64,000 nucleotides of DNA, from NCBI RefSeq assembly GCF_964194155.1, contig NC_135901.1:24862001-24926000 (forward strand). The letters are read 5' to 3'. The notes beneath the pieces are model-generated. The model was not told the origin of the DNA, did not search any database, and worked only from the letters and a program-made list of their open reading frames with translations. Shown here piece after piece: positions 23,986-36,453 of this stretch. Made by a program: the position numbers and the translations under genes. The stretch's first letter is position 1. Every line of letters starts with the position of its first letter. This stretch comes from Cetorhinus maximus. Lineage: Eukaryota.

Positions 23986-24464
23986 TTTTCCCCATGCACC
24001 AGCTGCTCTTGTCTTTCCAGGTGGTGGGGGTCATGGGTTTGGGAGATTCTGTCAAAGATTCTGGTTGAGTTGCAGATCTATGAAATCCAACTCCTTTTCC
24101 CCTCCTCCACCTCTCTCTCTCTTCTCCCATAGAGGCCAGAGTCTTGTGTAGGCCCAGACTGGGAGGCAGGTTCCCTTCCCTGAAGGACATTGGTGAACCA
24201 GTTGGGTTTTTATGACAATCCAGCAGTTTTCATGGTCATTTTTTCCTAGTGTCAGCCCCACAAATTATCAGATTCATTCAGCTCAATTTCACAGCCTGCC
24301 TTTGTGTTTTTGTGGGTTCTGTTTCATATTTCCTTGTTTGTTTTAAATTCATTTTTACAGGGTATTAGAAAGATTTTCAGTCGGGAAAGTCAAACCAAAC
24401 ATCACATCGAAATCTGCCAGAGTCGCTCAATTCATCAGGACCTGAATATTGTCAGCCTTTGAAC

Positions 24465-25418
24465 ATGGAAGCAAAAAGTACCGTTCACACCAGGGAGAAA
24501 CCCTGGAAATGTGGGGACTGTGGGAAGGGATTCAGATCCCCGTCTGAGCTGGAAACTCATCGACGCAGTCACACCGGGGAAAGGCCGTTCATCTGCTCCG
24601 TGTGTGGGAAGGGATTCATTCAGTTAGTCTGTCTTCAGAGGCACCAGCGACTTCACACTGGGGAGAGGCCGTTCACCTGTTCTGTGTGTGGAAAAGGATT
24701 CACTCTCTCATCCCGTCTGCTGAAACACCAGCAAGTTCACACTGACAAGAGAGAGTTTAAATGTCCCAACTGTGAAAAGAGCTTCAAAAACCTACACGGA
24801 CTGAGGGTGCACCAGCACATTCACACCAGGTATGCACCATTCAGCTGCTCACAGTGTGGGAAGAGGTTCAGGACATCACCCCACCTTCTGACACACCAAC
24901 GAGTTCACACTGACGAGAGACCTTTTAAATGTTCAGACTGTGGGAAGTGCTTCAAAACTCCTGGGGATCTGCAATATCATCAACGTATTCACACTGATGA
25001 GAGACCGTTCAGATGCTCTCACTGCGGGACTGGCTTCAGGCAATCGTCTCACCTCACTACACACCAACGCACTCACACTGGGGAGAGGCCATTCACCTGC
25101 TCCAAGTGTGGGAAAGGATTCAGTCAGTCATCCAACCTGTTGACACACCAACAAGTTCACACTGAAGAGAGGCCATTCACCTGCTCTGAATGTGGAAAGG
25201 GATTCACACGATCATCCCACCTGCTGAGCCACCAGCAAATTCACACTGGGGAGAGGCCGTTTACCTGCTCCAAGTGTGGGAAGGGATTCACACAATCATC
25301 AGCGCTGCTGACACACCAGCGAGTTCACACTGAGGAGAGACCCTTCACATGCTCCATGTGTGGGAAGGGATTTAATCGATCATCCAACCTGGGGAAACAC
25401 CAGCGAGTTCACATGTGA
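24465..25418 (+). CDS. C2H2 zinc-finger protein, 11 fingers, intact
   Basis: AACATGG start, [19 protein letters not shown].., 11 C-x2-C..H-x3-H repeats with TGERPF-type linkers, TGA at 25416; acceptor TTTTACAG at ~24360. Confidence 0.9.
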   Translation: MEAKSTVHTREKPWKCGDCGKGFRSPSELETHRRSHTGERPFICSVCGKGFIQLVCLQRHQRLHTGERPFTCSVCGKGFTLSSRLLKHQQVHTDKREFKCPNCEKSFKNLHGLRVHQHIHTRYAPFSCSQCGKRFRTSPHLLTHQRVHTDERPFKCSDCGKCFKTPGDLQYHQRIHTDERPFRCSHCGTGFRQSSHLTTHQRTHTGERPFTCSKCGKGFSQSSNLLTHQQVHTEERPFTCSECGKGFTRSSHLLSHQQIHTGERPFTCSKCGKGFTQSSALLTHQRVHTEERPFTCSMCGKGFNRSSNLGKHQRVHM

Positions 25419-25709
25419 CTACACTGCTCTGACTCTGCTGCTGTTAATCAGATTCAGGAGTGAACCTTGTTAATTATGATATTGGGGAAGTGTTGATGCT
25501 GTTGTTGCTAACCACAGTATCCGGGCTGGAGTTGACAATTGTGAAGTGCCTTTCACAATCTCAGGACATCTCTGTGTGCAGTAAGCCTCCACAAACAGCA
25601 ATGTGATAATGACCAGAGATGATCTGTTTTTAGTGAGATTGGTTGAGGGTGAAATATTGGCCTCACAGGGGAGAACTCCCCTCCTCTCCTTCCAAATAGT
25701 GGACATGGG

Positions 25710-26560
25710 ATCCTTCACAGTCCATGTCCAAATGCAGCTAGACCTGGACAATATCCAGATTTGGGCTGACAAGTGGCAAGTAACATTCACACCACAAGTG
25801 TCAGGCAATGACCATCTCCAACAAGAGAGAATCCAATCATTGGCCCTTGATGTTCAAAGGCATTACCATCACTGAATCCCCTACGATCAACATCCTGGGG
25901 GCTACCATTGACCAGAAACTGAACTGGACCAGCCATATAAATACTGTGGCTACAAGAGCAGGTCAGAGGCTAGGAATCATGCATCGAGTAACTCACCTCC
26001 TGACTCCCCAAAGTCTGTCTACCATTTACAAGGCACAAGTCAGGAGTGTGTTGGAATACTCCCCATTTGCCTGGAGGAGTGCAGCTCCCACAACACTCAA
26101 GAAACTTTACACCATCCAGGACAAAGTAGTCTGCTTAATTGGCACACATCCTTAAACATTCACTCCCTCCACCACCGATGCACAGTAGCAGCAGTGTGTA
26201 CCATCTGCAAGGTGCACTGCAAGAATTCACCAAGGCTCCCTCAACAGCACCTTTCAAACCCACAACCGCTACCATCTAGAAGGACAAGGGCAGCAGATAG
26301 ATGGGAATACCACCACCTGGAAGTTCCCCTCCAAGTCACTCACTATCCTGACTTCGAAATATATCACCGTTCTTCACTGTTGCTGGGTCAAAACCCTGGA
26401 ACTCCCTTCCTAACAGCACTGTGGGTATACCTACGCCACATGGACTGCAGCGGTTCAAGAAGGCAGCTCACCGCCACCTTCTCAAGGACAACGAGGGATG
26501 GGCAATAAATGCTGGCCCAGCCAGCGAAGCCCACATCCCATGAATGAATGAACAAAAAAC
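25710..26560 (+). mobile_element. 5'-truncated LINE (second family)
   Basis: IYKAQVRSVLEYSP..TLKKL; tail GGGATGGGCAATAAATGCTGG..CCCATGAATGAAT. Confidence 0.85.
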
Positions 26561-27290
26561 ATCTAGAGTATTGTGTAAAGTACTGTTCTCCTTATTTAGG
26601 AAAGATGTCAATGTGTTAGAAGCAGTTCAGAGAAGGTTTACTAGACTAATACCAGGAATGGGTGGGTTGTCTTATGAGGAAAGGCTTTTTTTTCATTTGT
26701 TCATGGGATGTGGGAGTCGCTGGCTAGGCCAGCATTCGTTGCCCATCCCTCATTGCCCTTGTTCAGAGGCATTTCAGAGTCAACCACATTGTTGTGGGTC
26801 TGGAGTCCCATGCAGGCCAGACTAGGTAAGGATTGCACAGGAAAGGGTATTAGTGAACCAGATGTGTTTTTACAACAATCGGCAATGGTTTCATGGTCAT
26901 CAACAGACTTTGAACTCCAGATGTTTTATTGGATTTAAATTCCAGCATCTGCCGTGGTAGGATTCAAACCCAAGTCCCCAGAGCATTACCCTGGGTCTCT
27001 GGAATACTAGTCAGTGACAATACCACTGTGCCACCGCCTCCCCTCCCACCAAGGTTTGGCTTGGACAGGTTAGGCTTGTATCCGCTGGAATTTAGAAGAA
27101 TAAGAGGTGACTTAATTGAAATGTTTAAGATCCTGAGGGGTTTTGGCAGGGTGGATGTGGAGAGGATGTTTCCTCCTGTTGGAGAATATAGAACTAGGGG
27201 CCACTGTTTAAAAATAAGGGGTTGCTCATTTAAGACAGAGATGAGGAGAATTTTTTTTCCCTCAGAGGGCTGTGAGTCTTTGGAACTCAC
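26560..27290 (+). mobile_element. CR1 fragment interrupted by an antisense SINE (26686-27045)
   Basis: LSYEERL|..|LDRLGLYPLEFRR resumes after the SINE. Confidence 0.8.
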
Positions 27291-28049
27291 CATTAGAGAT
27301 ATAAATTAGCCACGTGGGTCAAAAAATCAAAGGGGTTGTTTTTACGGTAAAAGACAGTTAATTTACATTTTTGTTTGGACCATCCTTGGTATATCATGTC
27401 ATGTAGATAGGCTGTGGGGGTTAGGAAAGCTCTTTGGTTTAATTTATCTGTGTGTGGCCATCTTGGTGATGCAACAGAGAGTGGGCAGGGCTTCATGGTC
27501 CCAGTGACCAGGAGAGAAAATGATGAATTCATTGATTATATTCTCACTCTCCACACAGGGACTTGAGAACAGAACCCAGCTAGATTAGAGAGAGGGATAA
27601 ACTGGGAGTGAGGAGAGGAATGGTGGAGATGTTAAGATGGGTTTGGCAGGATGACCATATCTCATGGAGAAAATTAAGGGACAACCTGCCATGGGAGTCC
27701 GTATGAGTGGGTAGGAGGGTCTTGGTTGGGATGCTGCCAGAGCTGGTGAGGCATGGAGGAATGGGGTGAATTGGCTGACAGAGCTGTTGGAGCACAGAAA
27801 CAGTAAGAGACAGTGTTCTGCATGAGGCATGACTACAAAGGTCCAATTTAAGGGACAAACAGTGTTCTACACCAGCAAGCCCAGGACAGCTGAATATAAG
27901 ACAATTCTGTAAAATCCTGTACATTTGGTCACCCTGCATTTTGGATTCCAGCACAGGGAGGAGGAGGAGTGTGTGGGATGAGGGTTTACCGCCTTGCAGG
28001 AACAAGAGAGGAAACCATGTTCCATAGAAACCAAAATTGTCTGTTTAGA

Positions 28050-30170
28050 ATTTCTATCCTGTCTTTAGAGTGATGAGTTTTGTAAACTCCTTTTCCAGGA
28101 TATTAGAACGGGTTTTACAGGCAGGAGGCTCAAACCGAACACCACAGCATGATCTGACAGAGTCACTCGATTCATCAGGACCTGAAGATCATCAACCTTT
28201 CAATGTGGATGGAGAAATGTTTGTCTGTTCTGCCTGTGGGGAAATGTTTCAAACATCAGTATGACTGGAAAATCACCAAGACACGCACACCCGAGTGAGA
28301 GTGTTCCAGTGTACTGACTGTAGAAAGAGTTTTAGTTACACAGCCTGAAGAAAGATCACACCATTCACAGTGGGGAGAAACCATACACGTGTTCTGTGTG
28401 TGGACAAGGCTTCAACTGATTGTCCAATCTGAAGAGATACAAGGAAACCAGCACCATGGAGACACCATGGAACTGGGAGGAATGTGGTAAAGGATTCAAT
28501 TCTTCATCCAGGCTGGAAATTCATCAATGCATTCACAATGGGGAAAAGCCATTCAGTTGTTCCGTGTGTGGGATGGGATTCACTCGGTCATCCGGCCTTC
28601 AGTCACACCAGCGAGTTCACACTGAGAAGAAGCCATTCAGCTGCACAACCTGTGGAGAGAGGTTCAAATCTTCATCCATCCTCACTGAACACCAGCGGAT
28701 TGACACGGGTGGGAAACCATTCACTTGCTTCGCGTGTGGGAGTTGTTGCAAGGATATGCTTTTGCTTCAGTGTCTGGAAGTCAGTGTCCAGTGGCGGACC
28801 ACAGGGATCTGTGCTGCGTCCCTTATTATTTGTCATTTATATAAACGACATAGATGACTATGTGGAGGGTAGGATTAGTAAGTTTGTGGATGACACAAAG
28901 ATTGGCCGGGTAGTTAACAGTGAGGTTGAGTGTCTTGGGCTACAGGAAGATATAGACGGGATAGTCAAATGGGCAGATAAGTGGCAGATGGAATTTAACC
29001 CTGAAAAGTGAGAGGTGATACACTTTGGAAGGAATAATTTGACAAGGAAGTATTCAATGAATGACATGACACTAGGGAGTTCTGAGGAACAAAGGGACCT
29101 TGGCGTGTGTGTCCATGGATGTCTGAAGGAGGAGAGGCATGTTAGTGGGGTGGTGAAAAAGGCATATGGGACACTTGCCTTTTTCAATCGAGGCATAGAT
29201 TACAAAAGTAGGGAGTTGGAGTTGTATAGAACCTTGGTGAGGCCACAGCTGGAGTACTGTGTGCAGTTCTGGTCACCACATTATAGGAAGGATGTGATTG
29301 CACTGGAGGGGGTGCAGAGGAGATTCCTGGGATGAAACATTTAAGTTATGAAGAGAGGTTGGGTAGACTTGGGTTGTTTTTGTTGGAGCAGAGAAGACTG
29401 AGGGGTGACCTGATCGAGGTGTACAAGATTATGAGGGGCATGGACAGGGTGCATAGGGAACAGCTATTCCACTTAGTTGAAGGGTCAGAAACGAGGGGAC
29501 ATATGTTCAAGTTGAGGGGCAGGAGGTTTAGCGGGGAATGAGAGGAAAAACATTTTTACCCAGAGGGTGGTGACTGTCTGGAATGCACTGCCTGGGAGGG
29601 TGGTGGAGGCGGGTTGCCTCACATCCTTTAAAAAGTACCTGGATGAACACTTGGCGCATCATAACATTCAAGGCAATGGGCCAAGTGCTGGTAAATGGGA
29701 TTAGGTAGGTAGGTCAGGTGTTTCTCACGTGTCGGTGCAGACTCGATGGGCTGAAGGGCCTCTTCTGCACTGTGTGATTCTGCGTGGGAAGGGATTCACT
29801 GAGGTATTCGCCCTCCGGTAACAGCACCGAATGCACACGAAGGAAAATCCATTCATCCTGCAGAAAGAGTTTCAGGCAGTCAACCGACCTCAGTGAACAC
29901 CAACGTACTCACACTGCGGAGAAGCCGTTCACCTGCTCCATGTGTAGAAGGGATATCCTTGGTCATCCCAAATGCTGACACATCAGCGAGTTCACACTGG
30001 GGACAGACCGTTCATCTGCTCCTTGTGTGGGAAGGGATTCCCTTGGTTATCCCAACTGCTGACACATCAGCGAGTTCACACCGGGGACAGATCATTCATC
30101 TGCTCCTTGTGAGGGACGGGATTCACTCAGTCACAACATCTGCTGAGACACGAGCGGGTTCACAAGTGAT
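28050..30170 (+). pseudogene. ZNF pseudogene split by a CR1 insertion
   Basis: Acceptor module at ~28097, fingers 28217-28740, degenerate fingers again at 29783-30170, family 3'UTR to ~30300. Confidence 0.85.
28741..29782 (+). mobile_element. 5'-truncated CR1 inserted in a zinc finger
   Basis: PQGSVL, FVDDTK, LEYCVQFWSP and tail; flanks GTGTGGGA / GCGTGGGA rebuild FTCFACG-KGF. Confidence 0.9.
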
Positions 30171-30539
30171 TACAGGGGTTGGATTCTGCTGTTTTTGCTG
30201 CTGTTAATCACACCCAGGATCAATAGTCTGACAATAATTGGTTTGTTTCTGCTGATGTTAACAAAACTGTAACAGGCTGAAGTTTAATATTCTGGAAATG
30301 TCACTGATTTTCAGGGCTGCATTGTCCCTTTTTAAAAGCTTCATCTGTGATCTTTCCCCTTAATACGAGAACTCTCAATAGGAGCTAATTTACAATAAAA
30401 TTATGAACTTTTACTTCAATCTTAAATTGATCTTTGATGCAAACTCTACAATTCAGTGTTTGAAAGGTTCCACTGATTAACATCTCCAATTAGAAAGTGC
30501 TGATTAACCCTTGCTGACAATTCTTACTGACTTCCACAT

Positions 30540-30825
30540 TCTTCACAGTGACACCTCCATTATGAAGTTAAATTATGAAGGAACAGCAATTAAAATGGTG
30601 AAATATTTTACAGGCAAATCAGTAAAAGCTTCATCAATCAACATTGATATTGATGAAGTTTGGAAGTCGCTGAGTTCAATCATTTCTGACACAGCAGCAG
30701 TAACATTTGGTAAAGGTGGAACCCACAGCAATGACTGGTTTGAGACCGACTCAGCAGAGATGACATCTGTCATTGAAGCTAAAAGCAAAGCCCACCTGAT
30801 GTACAACATAAAGCCAACAGCCAAA
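30540..30825 (+). mobile_element. RTE-clade LINE fragment (tentative)
   Basis: WKSLSSIISDTAAVTFGK..NDWFE..IEAK resembles the RTE endonuclease-RT linker. Confidence 0.5.
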
Positions 30826-31589
30826 TACTGTGTGCAGTTCTAGTCACCATATGAATTTAAGGGGAGGTGGTGGAGTGGTATTGTCACTGGACTCGTGTTC
30901 CAGAGACACAGGGTAATGGGGATGCGGGTTTGAATCTCACCATGGCAGATGGTGGAATTTGAGTTCAAATATCTGGAATTAGAAGTCCAATGATGACCAT
31001 GAAACCATTGTCATAAAAACCCATCTGGTTCATTGATGCCCTTTAGGAAAGGAAATCTGTCATCCTCACCTGGTCTGGCCTACATATGACTCCAGACCCA
31101 CAGCAACTCCTAAAAATGCTCTCTAAACAAGGGCAATTAGGGATTGGCAATAAATGCAAGGGTTTATATGTCATGAGAACGCACACACACAAACAAACTG
31201 GGTCTCTTTTCTTTTGAAATAAGACGTCTGAGGGCTGAGCTAATCATTTAAAATGATTAAAGGTTTTGATAGAGAGGATACAGGGAGAATGTTTACTCTT
31301 GTGGAGAAAAACATAACTAGACACCATCAATATAAGATTGTCACCAAGAAATCCAATAGGGAATTCAGAAGAAGCTTCTTCACCCACAGATGGCGTGAGT
31401 GAAGTGAATAGTATCAATGTACTTATGGGGAGGCTGGACAAACATATGAGGGAGAAGGGGATATTGGTTACGGTGATAAATTTGGAAGTGGAAAGATGGG
31501 AGGAGGCTCGAGTGGAACATAAACACCGAAATGGACTGGATGGGCCGAATGGTCTGTTTCTGTGCTGTATGTCTATGTAATCCTATGTA

Positions 31590-32785
31590 AGGCTTCAACT
31601 GATTGTCCAACCTGGAGAGACACAAGGACACCCACAACAGGGAGAAACCATGGAAATGCGGTGACTGTGGGAAGAGATTCAGCTTTCCATCCCAGCTGGA
31701 AACTCATTGGCTCAGTCACACTGGGGAGAGACTGTTACCCTGCACCGTGTGGAGGAAGGGATTCACCGAATCATCCAGCTTCCAGAAACGCCAGCACACT
31801 CACAGTGAGGAGAAACTGTGAAACTTACACTGTGTGTGGCAAGAGATTCACTCAGTCACCCATTCTCCGGATACAGTCTGTAAGAATTCTGTTCTTTCTT
31901 TGTCTGTGTATTTATAGAGTCTGTAGGAGTTGTGTTCTTTCTTTGCCTGTGTGTTGATCTGCAGGGTAGAGTCTGTGGGGGTGATGTCATGCTTTGAACC
32001 AGCTTGTCCTAGTTTGGAACTGTGAGATGGTGGAAGTGCAGAAGTTCTATGTAATCACAGAGGAATGTGTGTGCTCTCAACAACAGGCGAACGCTGTTCA
32101 GATGAACACACCTGTGATTGGACAAGAGCCACATGATTGTGTAGTGAAATGTACATGGACAGTTCTGATTGGTGGCCTCAGGGGAGCCAGTTGGGTGGGG
32201 GGTGGTGGGGGTTTCCAGCATAAGAACAGTCCTCTCAAGGGGTTTGATGCAGTGGAGAAAAGAACAAAGGGAAGAAGACAAAGAAATAAGAAAGAAGCAA
32301 GAAAGCTGGAAACTCCACACGAAAACCAGAAGCTATGGGGAAAGAAGTGCGCTCTGCTGTCCAGATATGACACGGGAAGTATAGAGCTCACATTATTCTG
32401 TAAATCACTGCTTGAACTTTACCTTTAGTCCAGAAGTTTGTCCTGTCTTTCTCTTAATAAAGCTGCTCCATAACTGAACTTTATTGTCACATCCGATCCT
32501 GTTGTAAGTAAGGAGTTCAATCCCTACAACCCACAAGTTCACATCAAGGAGATTCTGTCCATCTGCTCCATTTGTAGGAAAGGATTCACTTGTGTGTCCA
32601 GCCTCACTGCCCATCAAGTTGTTCACTCTGATGAGACCTTTTAATTGTTCCCACTGCGTGAAGAGTTTTAAAAGCTCTAAAGATCTGATGAAATACCAAC
32701 TCACTCACACTGAGGAGAAACCATTCACCTGCACTGAGTGTGGGAAGAGATTCACTACTCACTCAACCTGCGGACACACCAACCA
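31590..32785 (+). pseudogene. ZNF pseudogene split by a solo LTR
   Basis: [21 protein letters not shown].. at 31603-31870 and FNCSHC..FTCTEC at 32530-32780. Confidence 0.8.
31879..32528 (+). mobile_element. probable solo LTR
   Basis: TGTAAGAATT...AATCCCTACA termini (TG..CA, imperfect inverted ends), AATAAA at ~32456, interrupts a finger; no clean TSD. Confidence 0.6.
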
Positions 32786-33699
32786 TCCTGCCAATGGAAA
32801 CAATTTCTCCCAATGTAATTGAAAACTCCTAAAAAATAATCATTTCCACACCTCTATTAAATTAGTCATTAACCTTCTCTGCTCTAAAAAGAACAATTCC
32901 AGTTTCTCCAGTCTCTCCGCATAACTGAAACTTCTCACCCCTGATACAATTCTGGTAAATTTTCCCTGCACTCTCTCGAAGGCCTAGACATCTTTCCCAA
33001 AGTGTGGTGCTCAGAATTGACCACAAGACTACAGCTGATCAGTGATTTATAAAGATTTAGGATAACTGCCCTGCTTTTCCACTCCATGTCCCCATTAGTA
33101 AACCAAGGTTCCCATTATATTTTTATAAACAATTGATCAACATGTCCTGACGGATTCAAAGGTTTGTGTCCATACACTCCCAGGTCACTCTGTTCCTGCA
33201 CTGTGTTTAAAATTGTACCATTTAGTTTATGCTGCCTCTCCTCATTCGTCTTTCCAAATGCATCATTGACTGTGAATCACTTTGAAATGTTCTGAGGATG
33301 TGAAAGGTGCTAAATGAACACGAGAACTTTCTTTTACAGCTGATTAAAAGTTGTAGATTTTGAGCCAAAGATTAAATTGGGATTGATATTCAAAGTTAAC
33401 TAGTTTACTGTAGAAAAACTCCAACTGGAAGTCAGTGAATTAAGAGGAATGATCCCAAACAACTGTTCTTCAAGGTACACTGCAGGCCCGGCAGCTCAAT
33501 CAGCTCCACTCTCAGCTCAGGAGACCTCAACAACTCCACAAACTGTCCACAGGGGAGTTCTCCTGGTGCAGTGGGACCAATATTTGTGCTTTAACTATCA
33601 CCACCAAAAAAAACTGGATTAATCAGTCACTGGTCTGATTGCTGTTTGTGGAATCTTACTGTGCACAAATTGGCTGTCGTGAAACAGTAACTAGTATCT

Positions 33700-35210
33700 G
33701 TATAACACGATTAATGTAATAAAACATCCCAAGTGCTTCAGAGAAATTTCATAAAGAAAAAAATTGGCACTGAGTTACATAGGACATTGTTAAGGTAGAT
33801 GGCCAAAACCTTGATTGGAGAGGTAGATTTTAACGAGCATCTTTAATCAGGAGAGAGAGCTGGAGGAGCGGAGCGGGTTAGGGAGGGAACTTTATGCCTG
33901 GGTACAGCTACCAATGGTGGAGTAATTAAAATCAGGGATGTTGAAGGTCCCAGAATAAGAGGAGAGCAGATATCTCAAAGGGTGTGAGGCTGGAGATTAC
34001 AAAGATTGGGACGGATGGGACCATAGAGTGATTTGAAGACAAGGCTACAATTTTAAAATCAGGATTTGGTCAAAACCGAGTTTTAACCAGTGGCCAATGT
34101 AGAGCAGAGAACATAGGAGTGATGGGTAAACGGGAATTGGCGTGAGAAAGCACATGGGCAACAAAGTTTTGGACAATCTCACGTTTCCAGGTGGGGGTGG
34201 GGCGAATGTGAGAGTCTGGTCAGGAATGTATTGAAATCGTAAAGTCTAAAGGTAACACAGGCATGGATGAGGGTTTCAGCAGCAGATGAGCTGGAGTGGG
34301 GTGGAGACAGGTGAGGATAGGGAGATTGAAATATCTGGTATTAGTGATGGTGTGGATATGTGGTCAGGAACTCATCTTGGGGTCAAATCTGATACCAAGA
34401 TTGTGAAGAGTGTGGTTCAGCCTCAGACAGTTCCCAGGGAGAGAGATGGACTCGGTAGTTAGGGAACGGAATTTGTAGTGGTGACTGAGACAATGGCTTT
34501 GGTCTTTCAAATTTTTAATTGGAAGAAATTTCTGCTCATCCAGTACTGGATGTGGGATAAGCAGTTTGATAGTTTAGTAACAGTGGAGGAATGGAGAGGG
34601 ATGGTGGTGAGGTAGAGCTGGGTGGTGGTGAGGTAGAGCTGGGTGTTGTCAGCGTACCTGTGAAAACTAACACGGTGCTTTTGGATGATGTTGCCTAGTA
34701 GCAGCGTGTAGATGAGAAATAGGAAGGTCCAAGGATAGATCCTTGGGGGACACCAAGTTCAAGAACTTTGCAGAGGAAATGGAGGTTGGAGATGGGGTGG
34801 TAGTTTGCTAGGACTGTGGAGTCAAGGGTTGGTTTCTCTCAGAATGGTGACAATGGTGCATTTCAAGGTGAGGGTGACAAGTACCAGGAGAGAGAGAGAA
34901 CTGTTAACAATATCAGCTAACATGGATGGTCAGCAGTTTAATGAGAATAGGATCGAGGGACTTGGATGCGGGTCTCATGGACAAGATGAGCTCTGACATG
35001 GATTGACAGGAGATAGAAGAGAAACTGGAGAAAGATGCAATTTCAGGGCTTGGTCAAGGAGGAACTGTAGAGACCGTTTGGCCTGGTGGGCTGGTGGGAA
35101 AGAGGGAAGCAGCAGAGGCAGCTGATCGGATTGTCCCAATCTTAGTGACAAAGAAGCTCCGTAAGCACCTTACACTTGTTGTTGGAGGTGAGGATGGAGG
35201 AGACAGGGTA
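33700..35210 (-). mobile_element. L2-like LINE fragment
   Basis: Decayed RT (GVPQGSILGP, YADNTQLY on the minus strand); its 5' part is shared with 1260-1620 and 56100-56410. Confidence 0.7.
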
Positions 35211-35415
35211 GAACCCTTCAAAAGGAACTAACTTGTATTAGAGATACTAAAAAGATTCGACAGGCTGTGTTTTCAACACAAAGCTGATTTATTTAATTAT
35301 TGCCATAATAATATCCCCTATAACTGGGCTGGAGTTTATTAACATCAGCAGAAACAGACCCCAATGAACATGGTTCAGTCCTGAATGTGATTAACAGCAA
35401 AATCCATCACTGTAG

Positions 35416-36453
35416 TTACTTGTGAACTCGCTGGTGTGTCAGCAGTGTGGATGAAGTTGTGAATCCCTTCCCACACTCAGAGCAGGTGAATGGCCTCTCC
35501 CCGGTGTGAATTCGCTGGTGATTCAGCAGGGTGGATAACTGAGTGAATCCCTTCCCACATTCCATGCAGGTGAATGGCCTCTCCCCAGTGTGAATTCGCT
35601 GGTGATTCAGCAGGGTGGATAACTGAGTGAATCCCTTCCCACATTCCATGCAGGTGAATGGCCTCTCCCCAGTGTGAATTCGCTGGTGCACAGTGAGTTG
35701 TTCTGATCGCCTGAATCCAGTCGCACAGTGAGAGCACCTGAATGGTCTCTCCTCGGTATGAACACGTTGATGGCGCATCAGTTCCCCAGAACTTTTAAAG
35801 CACTTCTCACAGTCCAGGCATTTGAAAGGTCTCTCCTCAGTGTGAACTCGCTGGTGTGTCAGCAGGTGGGATGACTGAGTGAATCCCTTCCCACACTCGG
35901 AGCAGGTGAATGGCTTCTCCCCAGTGTGAATTCGGTCGTGCTCCAACAGGTTGGATAACTGAGTGAATCCCTTTCCACACTCGAAGCAGGTAAATGGCCT
36001 CTCCCCAGTGTGATCTCGCTGGTGTTTCAGCAGGCTGGATGACTGAGTGAATCCCTTCCCACACATAGGGCAGGTGAACGGCCTCTCCCCAGTGTGAATT
36101 TGCTCATGTTCCAACAGGTTGGATAACTGAGTGAATCCCTTTCCATGCTTGAAGCAGTTAAATGACCTCGCCCCAGTGTGATCTCGCTGGTGTCTCAGCA
36201 GGCTGGATGACTGAGTGAATCCCTTCCCACACATAGAGCAGGTGAACGGCCTCTCCCCAGTGTGACTGCGTCGATGAGTTTCCAGGTCAGACGGGTAATT
36301 GAATCTCTTCCCACAGTCCCCACATGTCCACGGTTTCTCCCCCGTGTGAATGCGCTTGTGTCTCGACAGGCCTGTTGATTGTCTGAAACCTCGTCCACAC
36401 ACAGAACACGTGTACAGTTTCTCCGCGATGTGAACGGTGCTTTTTCCTTCCAT
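35416..36453 (-). CDS. C2H2 zinc-finger protein, 12 fingers (one with Cys>His), intact
   Basis: [19 protein letters not shown].. open to TAA at 35416; polyA signal in the family 3'UTR at ~35335. Confidence 0.9.
   Translation of the reverse strand: MEGKSTVHIAEKLYTCSVCGRGFRQSTGLSRHKRIHTGEKPWTCGDCGKRFNYPSDLETHRRSHTGERPFTCSMCGKGFTQSSSLLRHQRDHTGARSFNCFKHGKGFTQLSNLLEHEQIHTGERPFTCPMCGKGFTQSSSLLKHQRDHTGERPFTCFECGKGFTQLSNLLEHDRIHTGEKPFTCSECGKGFTQSSHLLTHQRVHTEERPFKCLDCEKCFKSSGELMRHQRVHTEERPFRCSHCATGFRRSEQLTVHQRIHTGERPFTCMECGKGFTQLSTLLNHQRIHTGERPFTCMECGKGFTQLSTLLNHQRIHTGERPFTCSECGKGFTTSSTLLTHQRVHK

Noticed and set aside
30865-30945. tRNA gene
   Set aside because: It is the tRNA-derived head of a SINE continuing into body and LINE-like tail.
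28366-31810. CACAGTG heptamers in ZNF linkers (28366, 31801)
   Set aside because: These are His-Ser codons with no nonamer at 12 or 23 spacing.
34600-34645. 18-bp direct repeat GGTGGTGAGGTAGAGCTG
   Set aside because: Simple local duplication within an L2 fragment.
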